This document shows positions 13,301-23,700 of a DNA stretch of 64,000 bases, piece by piece. This stretch comes from Bugula neritina (Eukaryota; Animalia; Bryozoa). How positions within the stretch are numbered: position 1 is the stretch's first letter; each line of letters begins with the position of its first letter. The translations under genes and the position numbers were made by a program. The notes under the pieces were generated by a model, which was not told the DNA's origin, ran no database searches, and saw only the letters and a program-made list of their open reading frames with translations. Location of the stretch: contig OZ037765.1 in assembly GCA_964035545.1 (NCBI GenBank), positions 25,171,504 to 25,235,503 on the forward strand, in the 5' to 3' direction.

Positions 13301-16300
13301 TGTGGCGATATTTTCACTAACATGTTACTGTCTTTTACCACTGATACCATTTATCATGTATGCATACACATGTACTTGTTGGCACACATTTGGCTCAATT
13401 CATACACCAACCTCTGATACAGGAGGACACCCCTGCAGTGTGCTGCCTATGGGGGGTACGTCAACTGTATGTCAGTACTGATAGAGAATAAATCAAACAC
13501 CAACACCCAGGACAAGGAGGGGATGTCAGCACTGCACTGGGCATGTAGTAGAGGTCATCTAGACGCTGTCAAACTGCTGATAGAGTATGGAGCTTTCCCC
13601 AACCATATGGAATCGACTGAGGATCGCTACACGCCTCTAGGTTTACGTTACTCTATTTATTACACTTTGTGAAAGTATGTGCACTGTTTCTCCAGTAGGC
13701 TCAGTGTTAATACAAATATGTTATATTGCTCTGTAGTAGTGTATACCTGCTACATATTTTACGTTTGGCCTTTTAACAGACTAATGTTTATTTGTGACAT
13801 GGAAAGTGTATGACTCAGGAGTCTGTAAATAAACCCATCACTACATCCCATACTATCGGAGCAAACAACTGCTGACACTACTAGGACAGCCTCATAGTTA
13901 TCTGTTGAATCAGCTTATGTTGTGAAATCATTGAATATAACTTCAGATGAATATAACATTGTAGACTATGCACTGATGGGGGAGCACCACGACGTGGCGC
14001 AGTTTATTATTGATCAGGGTGGCCTGAGCATTACCGGCATTCAAGATATAGCAGCTTGTAAAGTTCAGGTAAGGTATCTCAATGCTCTGAAAATGTTTTA
14101 TGATATTAAATACCTGTCCTTGTCACTTTCAGTGTCAAGTGAAGCATGTATTGAATCTCTTGAGAATTATAGTTAGAAATTCTATAGCTTCTGTCACCTC
14201 GACATCTTCAGGTGGTTAGCAAAACTGTTTATGTTATTTAGCTATGTTACTTGATCTCTACAATGCTGAGTGAATAGTACGAGTATTTCTGATAGTAATA
14301 GTAATTGACTCGATAGAGTACAGTGTTAGCAGTAGAAGAGTAGCGTAGAGATAGTTTCTGTAATTAGTGTCGTATTGTAGTCAGCATTCCGGGGATTCAG
14401 AGTGCGTAAAGGGTTCCTGGAGCGAAAGGAGCTGATGGTGAGACACGAACAGCTGCGTAAAGATGCTGCCAGGTTAGTCATTTCACTCAAATCTATTTCT
14501 CTCTTATTTCGAATTTCAGTCTGTTGGAATTTGCTTTTTGTCTAATGCTGTCTGCTGAATTTTGTAAACTATATCATACATACAGCAGTAACATAGTCTT
14601 ATTTCACTCATGTGATCCAATAACTCATGGCTTGTGTTATATAGAAGAGTGTATTTATATATAAGCTTGCTTCTACTGTTTCCATTATGCAATATGAGTA
14701 TATCCAGATTGTCTTGATTGAAACTATTGGTTTGTATATAGAATGTTTATATAAAATGTATATTTGTAGGAAACGAGCTGGTGAAGAATACAAGAAAAAA
14801 GAAGATGTTCGAAACAAAAAGGAAGTTGAGGAAAGATATAAACAACAAGTCACTGATATGTTAGATGGCACAGACTCTAAATCCTCTAGTAAAAAGTAAG
14901 CATTTACTCATGCAATAATATATTTTATATATTTATATACATGTATTATTATTATTTTATAGTTATATCATATGTTTGTAGTATTTGTTTATATCTTATA
15001 CAGTTGTTATAACATAATATAAATGATCAGTTATAATACAGTTAGTAATTTTTCTTTTTTGTTGATTGTTTATTTTTGCCCCTGCCAACTATCTTGTAGT
15101 AGTAATAGCTTAAAGACTCTAATCCTGGTGTCCAGAGTAGTACCAATAAAGGTGCTATAATTGCTGATGAAAGGCAAATTTATTATAAAAATAGTTTCCC
15201 TTATCCTTATTAAAAGCTGATGTAACTAATATTTTGCTCATTTTAAGATTATTAAATTGTACTTGAAATTCTTTTGCCAGCCACTTGCGTGTGCTGCCAG
15301 CTGCTCTCCCTGTATAACTGTGGAATATGTGTTTATATAAGCATATAACTTGTGGCAGCATTGAGCGGTACAAATGACTTGTTGATTTTATAAATAATTT
15401 CTTAATAACTGTATCAAAATACATACTACTATCAAGTACCTACTTGACAACTTGAAAATTATTTAATTCTTTCTTAACCTTTACACAATCAATTAGTCTG
15501 GCTAGCATATCAGATTGTACACTATTGTGTGCATAGTTGTGTATGTGTATACAGCTTGGCTGATTGATAACTCATTTTCCGTGTACAAAAGACTGATTAA
15601 GATCTTTTATACTGCTTAGTTTTGATACAATATAAAAAGTGTTTAGAGCCTGCTATACAATTGTTAATGTGTGTTCAATTGAAAAAGATTTACTTCTTGG
15701 CGCTTTGTTATATTTAATATTTGCTTATTTCACTGTTGCTATGTGAGTGCTAGCCTAATGTAGACATTTTTTACCAGTTGTGGGTCAAAATGATAGCTAA
15801 GTCGCACACACTTCTAGATTGGTAAGTCAGTCTCAGAACTAGTTAGCATGCCTATAGACCTTGTATTTACATGTTGTGAAACTCCCATAGCTTTAAAAGA
15901 ATGTATGTTGTTGTTTATGTATTTGCCTCTTTTACTGATTTTAGTTAACCCTCTCAAACGTCCACCTCTAGTACACCGTAATCATGCTAGAGAGTAATAG
16001 GTAAAATATTCTCCCTGCTTGCTATTAGTATTTTTAACTCAGTATCTAGCTGCTCATCTCATGCTTGATTTTATTTTCTCCAACTTTGTTTATTGCTGGT
16101 GACATGACGTAATATTATGTTCCACTAGTGCCGTTCTTGCATACGGATTTTTGTTTTCACATGATTTCACATGGATATTTTTTGCTTACATTTTTTGCTT
16201 GTTGCATGGGGCTGGTGTGTAATGTATATGATTGTGACATGAGTAACACTCTTTATATCTCAGTATGATTTACTTCTGTGAATTTATCATTTTATAGAAC

Positions 16301-19300
16301 TCAAACACCCTACACGGTGCCTGTAGCACGATCGTAAGAATCTCTTGCTATAGTTTTTATGTGTGGCTGTTGGCAGTAACCCGTTCATAAATAAATAGAA
16401 TGAAAAAAATATTTTCTATGATAAAAAAATTAAACAGAATGTGATTTTGATTACTTTTCTGAAAACAGTTTTTTAAGCTCTTTGTTTTGTCAAGACTGAT
16501 GGTAGAACTAATATTATGGCACATTGCTGGAAGTAGTAGGCACTGTTCACGCACTCACTGAATTATAGGCACTGCTGTAGCTTTTTCTGTCGCACGGCTT
16601 CTTTCTTTTCAGCACACGCATCTATTTGTAATATTATTTTGTAACTGTATGTTGAATATTGGCTGAACTTGACTTAAGTCAGTGAGTCTGAGACTATTCT
16701 CTTATATCCTGTTTCTCATTTAAAGTGCCGTTACAAAACCAGGCGTCAGTGTGCTCGTCAATAAGCATACACAAAATCAAACATTATATTTTTCTGATTT
16801 TTGTGGCTTTTAATGTTTGTGACTTTCATAATAATTCCAAGAATTTCATATTAAGTGGATTATGTGAATATGTTTTATTATCTATTTTTGGTGTCATTCT
16901 GCTTCTAAGATCTCAACCTGTAGACAGGATTGTTGTGTTGTGCACAGGAAGAAAAAAGATGAATTGTCAGAAGAAGAGAGAATATTAAGAGAAGCTAAAC
17001 ACAAACAAGCCATTGTCGCCGCCGAAAGGAATCGAGTGTATTTTTTCAGACAAAGAAATAATGCTGCTGTTACTATACAGAAAGCATGGAAAATGTATGT
17101 TAGTTTTCTTTCTATATATACTCATTTCTGTAATTATGTGACATATTATTTCAAGTATGAACTTTACAAGAGTCATAATAAAGTTATAATAATTTATAAA
17201 ACAAGTGAGCTCTTGGGCTGGGAAATAACAGGACTACCTGCATGGTGAAATCTCATAAAACTAATTTCAAAACTTGTCCTATGTTAGGGTGTTTATGTGA
17301 AGACATTATTATATTGATAGTATAGAAGCCATGTAAATTGCTGAAAAGTTGGAGGAATTAGGTCAAATTTCCAAACGGCACATTCAAAAGCTTCTGTGCC
17401 TTGAATACTTGTTATTACCTATTACCCTAAAGATGATAATTTTACTTCATGACTAAAAGCTTAGCTATTTCATATTTTGTTTCAACTTGATATGTTTCTT
17501 GTTATGAATTTTATACCACAGTTTTATATTATTTGTGGATGGACAGTTTTAGAGTGCACTCGAGTATTGTTGCAGGTTTAAGTTCCGCACGCAGGGTCTA
17601 ATGAAAAATGCCCGTGATGCAATAAAGCTGAAAAGATTAGATGCTGGGGAGTTGGAGTGGAAGAAACAAATCGCTGCCTGTACAATACAACTAGCTTGGA
17701 GGAAATATTTTAGGCGAAAATTGTTGAAGGCATTGAATACAACAAACAATGCAGTTATGCATATGTGGGATCCTGAGATGCTGGCATTTAGACAACGATC
17801 TTTAGTTGAACAAGTATATAGTAAGTAACTAGTGTAGACATAGGTATATAGTAAGTAACTAGTGTAGACATAGGTATATAGTAAGTAACTAGTGTAGACA
17901 TAGGTATATAGTAAGTAACTAGTGTAGACATAGGTATATAGTAAGTAACTAGTATAGACATAGATATATAGTAAGTAACTAGTGTAGACATAGGTATATA
18001 GTAAGTAACTAGTGTAGACATAGGTATATAGTAAGTAACTAGTGTAGACATAGGTATATAGTAAGTAAGTACTGTAGACATAGGTATATAGTAAGTAACT
18101 AGTGTAGACATAGGTATATAGTAAGTAACTAGTATAGACATAGGTATATAGTAAGTAAGTACTGTAGACATAGGTATATAGTAAGTAACTAGTATAGACA
18201 TAGATATATAGTAAGTAAGTATTGTAGACATAGGTATATAGTAAGTAACTAGTATAGACATAGGTATATAGTAAGTAACTAGTGTAGACATGGAAATATA
18301 GTAAGTAACTAGTGCAGACATGGATATAGAGTAAGTAAGTATTGAAGACACAAACATATAGTAAGTAACTTGCGACCACATAGATATGTAGTAAGTAACG
18401 AGTGTAGACATAAATATTATAAGTAATTAGTTGAAACATAGCTATTTAGTATGTAACATTGTAAATAAAAATATATTGAGTACCTAATCACTCTACATTC
18501 ATGAGAATTGATGGAGTGTTACATACATGTGCCGTTAGTAAATATTTAGTTTGAGACCTTTTAGCATGATACTTGACCCTTTATGAAAATGTAGGGTATT
18601 TGCTCAGCATCTTTCAGGTATGCACAGGTGTACATTAAATATATTGAACTAATATAATAAATTCTAGTATAACTTTGCTAATAATGCAGGCTCCAATGTT
18701 TGTTTAATCATAATGTATTTGCACTCACCTATTCTATTGGTATCGGAAAATATCAGTTTACAAAATATAACTAATAAACATGCTCAAGTCTCAAAGTGTG
18801 TTGGTTTTTTACATGTATTACAGTTTCTATAATTATTAATTCACGTCACATATTATATCGAAATGTTTTCCATCTATTTTAGATGAGCAACTTTATGCTC
18901 CTCACTGGCATCCCACTCTAGTAGCAATAGTTCGGCCATATTGGACAAAGTATATGCCCTCGTCTGCAGCTTTGTCTTTCAACTTTGCCATCGAGCAGTA
19001 TTCTCAACAGCGAGATTATATAGAAGAACTTGGTTTAGAGATCGATGGTAAATCTATTCTATCTGATATCGTTTTTAAACCAGTTTTATTTGTTGTGGTT
19101 TGCTTATACCTTCACAAATTTTAGTCTAAAATACAATTTGGCTGATTGGATCATTTTACTGAACTGTCTTGCATTGTAAATGCAACTTGTCAAAATTATT
19201 TCCCTGTGATCGATTTATTGGCACATGTTCAGTATGCAGTAATACTTTGAGCTATCCATATTGGACTATCACCTTCCAATCCCAATAACTTCAGTGGTTC

Positions 19301-19738
19301 AAGGAAAAAATTTAAGTTGTGTCATTATCTTAGTTATTCTTATTACCTCTTTCATGCCATTGACTTGCCTATAGTGCATCTATTTTCAAAGATCAAGTGG
19401 GTATTAAATTAATCATGTGTTTCTATAGGAAAGTCGTTTTCGATATCAAAATGATTTTACTTGGTTTCAGTGAAGCTATAAAAAAGTGCTCGGCCAGTGG
19501 AATAAACTGAAGTTTATTGGCACTTTTCTACTCTTATTATTAGCCATCTTGACATTTTCGGAGTGCTAAATATTGTAAGGGTTGCTTCAATAATTGGCTC
19601 AAAGTTGGGCTAATGCATTGCAATGCATGCATTATTTGTGCTGCATTACTTTATTTTTCTACAGATGATCTTGCCAAGCTACAGATGAAAGATAGATCAA
19701 ATGTTAACCCTGTTCACTATTCATATAACATGAACTGA
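7394..19738 (+). CDS. INVS: Inversin-like ankyrin-repeat and IQ-motif protein, 20 coding exons, 971 aa
   Basis: Exons 7394-7741, 8044-8088, 8460-8565, 9027-9193, 9407-9580, 9896-10031, 10168-10298, 10579-10654, 10940-11058, 12281-12434, 12835-13042, 13215-13295, 13423-13640, 13965-14068, 14381-14472, 14770-14895, 16948-17094, 17576-17820, 18883-19047, 19665-19738; all GT-AG and phase-consistent (2916 nt). Long ankyrin array with inversin-typical strings (DQFGRTPLIFCVLADRVECAEVLLKAG, NWQDYEGRTPLHLAV, DNMFRTPLHWAAALGH, GAFPNHME..EDRYTPLDYALMGEH) followed by IQ motifs VQSAFRGFRVRK, IQKAWKMFKFRT and IQLAWRKYFRRK. Confidence 0.9.
9341..9395. repeat. 20-bp tandem repeat, ~3 copies, just upstream of an acceptor
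   Basis: Unit gatgtagtcttgtgctgcta. Confidence 0.85.
17821..18420 (+). repeat. 30-bp minisatellite x20 starting at the first base of an inversin intron
   Basis: Consensus gtaagtaactagtgtagacataggtatata; 5' units near-identical, last four diverged. Confidence 0.98.
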
Positions 19739-20236
19739 TGACTTGTAAACCACTCATTACTTCCATCAGTACAAGTCAGTACTCAGCTTTGCTCAACAAC
19801 TTAACACTCATTTCCTTATAAAATGGTGGTGTCGAATCTACTTTGTGTTGGCCTCAATTAATATAATCTGGCATCTAAGAACAACAATTTTACACTTCCA
19901 AGCTACAGTTTATTTTATTATTTATTGGTGTTTTGATTATCCTAAATTATTTTTAGTGAAAATACATATTTTTTCACTGTTGGATATTTTGAGGGGTATG
20001 TTTAATTGGATAATTAGTATATGTTTTTCTTTTCTGGATGCATCATTGATTGCATATGAAATGAATAGGACTAATGCCGTGTCCTCATATAATATGGAAA
20101 TATGCAAAATGTGGTGACTATATTATTTATCAACATATTACTATTCCTTGTGGAACTTATTAACTAATATTTACTATTTAAGTATTTTTTTTACTTGTTT
20201 GATAATCATCCCAGCCTGTAATTACTGATTTTTGTA

Positions 20237-20274
20237 AATAAATTTTCACAGCATTTGACATTTTTTATTTTATT
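20237..20274. terminator. Facing polyadenylation signals of the convergent inversin (+) and villin (-) genes
   Basis: AATAAA on + at 20237-20242; AATAAA on - at 20264-20269 and 20269-20274; midway in the 1030-bp gap between the two stop codons. Confidence 0.45.
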
Positions 20275-20768
20275 AAATTTGCTGTAGATATTATAAACAA
20301 TAAATAATAGAATGCGGAATGAATAACGGTTTAATTTTTACCAGCAATGTGCTAGTAATTTAATAAATCCCAAAAATATAATGATACCTTCATGGGCAGT
20401 GATGAAAAGAAATTTTGTGAACTGATTGTACTAAGTATATAAAACGATCATACATTAATGACTGGTAAACTAAATCCCAATTGCTGAAACAGGTAAATTA
20501 TTTATAATTTATGCAAGAAGATACAATAATTGAAGAGCTGGCTAATTTCTATTATCCAAACAAAGCAACAAGATGAACAATAAAAAGTCTGTAAAAATGA
20601 TATAATGGAATAGATGTCTTTTCTTATGTTGAATGTTTAGAAAGTTGTACGCTATAAATAACTGATCAGAAACAATATATTAAAGCAAAGTTAGAACATT
20701 ATCGCTGTGAAGAAACTACTGTAATCACTTATATTTTGCTGTTTACCCTGGACTATGAAACAGAAGAG

Positions 20769-23700
20769 TTAAAACAACTGTTTTGCCTTTTTGAGCTGCT
20801 GTTGTTTCCATTGCGGTTTAGTCATGAAATCTTCGTAAGTACAAAGGAATAACTTCTCAAATTCTTCAGCTGTTAAATACACCTACAAAGTAAATCACGC
20901 TTAGTTACACTTGTCAAATAAACGTACGACAACAAAATATATTGACTTCTCACCAACAATCCATACAAACCTCTCTTTGGGTGGCATCTACCCCATCAGG
21001 AAGGTCCTCAGCAGGTTTTACAAGCTCTTCATAAGGATACTTGGCTATTTGAGAGAAACTTTTCTGTTGATCTCCATTGGCATTGATGTCTATTCTAGAT
21101 ATACCCATATTAGCTTCACCTATCTCAGCTTTTAGCTCTTCATAGGTTTTTCCTTTCTATACAAAGTACATCATAAATTAGTAAAAGACAACTCCAAAGT
21201 TTATAAATTGCCAAAAACTTCTCTACACCAAATAACCGGTATGTCTACTACCAAAAATGTATAAATATTAGCTAACAAACTAAAAATAGTTTGTCTTCAA
21301 AATATATTTTAATGTCTTCATCATTTGATTATTGTGAGAACAATTACAATTACCCATCTAAATCTATGGCTACTGGTAATGTTTTTCTAAGAATTCAGCA
21401 ACTGCTGCAACAAAGTAGAATCTAATTGATAATATGTACAACTTCATTGAACCTGTAGTTGTCAAATATAACTAAACCTAAATTTTTAATTTAGTTAGTT
21501 TGTCACTGCCAAGAATTAAAAAGCTACAAAGATAATTACAACTTATTTCGTCAATCACAACAATTTAAAAATTTGCACCTTACAGTAGAGTTACAATGAA
21601 AGTATGAGTTGTTGCTGGTTTAGTAGGTTATGTGCATTATTGCAGTACCATTATATGGAATTGAGGGAGTATTGACTTTTAACACAGCTGTTACATAGCA
21701 CCCACATTTAATGCGTATTGTAATAGCACCAACATATGACATATTCCAAGCTGACCTCCTGCATGCATTTACATATAATGTTGAGCGAAATACAGTTTCC
21801 AATGCCATAAGAGCAATTATTTAATAGCTATAAAAATATAATATATCGTAAATATATCACACAATTTTTATGTTTCAAGTATTGGTAAATCCCCAAATAT
21901 TAATACAAAAAATGCTCTCTCTTGATTCATGTCATTGGAAACTTGAATCTACTCAACTAACCAGAGTGGTGCACATACCAAGTTTGGATCAAGCTGAAAT
22001 ATATAATTAGTTAATAACATAGCAAAGCTGCAGAATATTTTGTTATGATGTGTGTTTTGATTGTGTTGTGTAAAGATGATTGAGAATATTATAGGAAGTA
22101 AACTGGATGTGAAGAAAAGTGAGTGGTTTTACTTACACCTGCCACCTAAAATGAATTGTCATACAATGAAATCCTCAAGTTGAACCTAATTACATATAAT
22201 ACAAGAATATCATAAAACATAAAACACAATGAGTAAAACTCTATATCTGCTTTTCAGAAGTTTTTGATAAATCTTTATCACTAAAATTATTAAAATACAA
22301 AATAAGTGCATGTATGCATGTATGCATGTATGCATGTATGCATGTATGCATGTATGCATGTATGCATGTATGCATGTATACGTATACTGCACTGAAAGTA
22401 ATGTAGACTGTAGGAGTGTAGGTGAATTCAATATGTAAATATATGCATATGGCCAATAAAAAAACTGACCATACATGTCAAATAGATTTTGTCTCATTAT
22501 TTACAATAACTGTAATTAAATAGACAATAACTATATTTTATTAGCTAAAAATCTTATTGTTATTCATTGAAAAATTGACACCTATCATATACCTTTCAGT
22601 TACAAGAGAAAAATCTAATGAACACAGTCAGGTAAAAGTGTTATCAAAACAACAAAATTCTAATTAGTCAAAGTCTATGCTGTGGGATCTTTTTACTAGC
22701 AAATTGCATAAATCAAATGAAATCTAATTATATTTTATTGGTATGCACTAAGCTACTGATTATCTGCATAATTTCACTCTCACATTATATTACCTGGTAC
22801 AGTTCTCTATCCCAAATACCAAAATATCCAGTAAAATTTGGTGGTTCAAATCCTTGCTTAATGCGAATAATTGGAGTATCCAGATCTCTGCCAGCTGGAT
22901 CTGTCTGAATATACTCCTACAAAATACACCATGCATCTGTCATGTTTGTCAGAGCTATAGTTGCAGATACACAAGTTACTTTTGGTGTGTAGCATAGGAA
23001 TTATCTCCCCTTAAGTCAAAACACTTTCCATTCACAACCTGGCTTTATATCAATAATTAAAAATAGGTCCAGTGAAAAAGTATATTGACATAAAAGTGCT
23101 GAATTTATGTAACAAAAATAACAAAATTGCTCCAAGACTGGAACATTTTACTTGCACTTACAATAGCCACTTTTTCAGCATTTTCTTTTTCGGTTTTATT
23201 TGCACCTGAGCCTATCCATATGAATATTTGATCCCAAGCATCTAAGAGCATTACATCATCAGAACAAAGGTCTAGCTAAAAACACAAAACACGAAACATT
23301 AAATAAATAAAATATATTGTTATACAACAGTTAAATGACTAAATGAAAACATGTAACCCTAGAGAGCAGCTGTGGTCTAATGGTTAGAGACCAGGCCTAG
23401 CATGACACAGGTCATGGGTTGAGTCCAAGTCATTGGTGATGTGAAGAAGAGCATCAGATAACTGTTTCAGTGTCACAGTGCAAACCCTCAGACTACGTTG
23501 CTAGCATGGTAAGAGGCGCAGTCCCTGGTCCCCCTTAAAAACCAAAGGTTCTCCCAGGGATGCGGCCATAAACAAACATGAGTTTTAAGGTATAGATGCC
23601 TAATCAGTAACACTGCCAGCGAAAGAGTGGTAGTATATATGGCACTAGTTATTGTCACAATATGAAATGAGAAATGTGAGATATTAGCAGAGCAATGCAA

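Noticed and set aside
17821-18420. CRISPR-like array of 30-bp repeats
   Set aside because: Units are contiguous with no unique spacers, there are no cas genes, and the context is a eukaryotic intron.
17549-18439. 296-aa and 207-aa minus-strand ORFs (YTSYLLYTYV / MSTLVTYYIP repeats)
   Set aside because: Antisense translation of the 30-bp minisatellite; a stop-free unit of 3n length gives long ORFs automatically.
22307-22378. Array of nine TGCATG Rbfox sites near the candidate villin microexons
   Set aside because: TGCATG is on the + strand; the villin pre-mRNA (-) reads UGCAUA, which is not the Rbfox motif.
22590-22616. Additional villin microexon or recursive splice site (aag|gtatat on the - strand)
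   Set aside because: The implied 22-nt exon is frame-breaking and contains a stop; AAG is a weak acceptor.
23362-23435. tRNA gene (also 31524-31590)
   Set aside because: A/B boxes are present but no cloverleaf can be formed, and the sequence continues into a shared SINE body.
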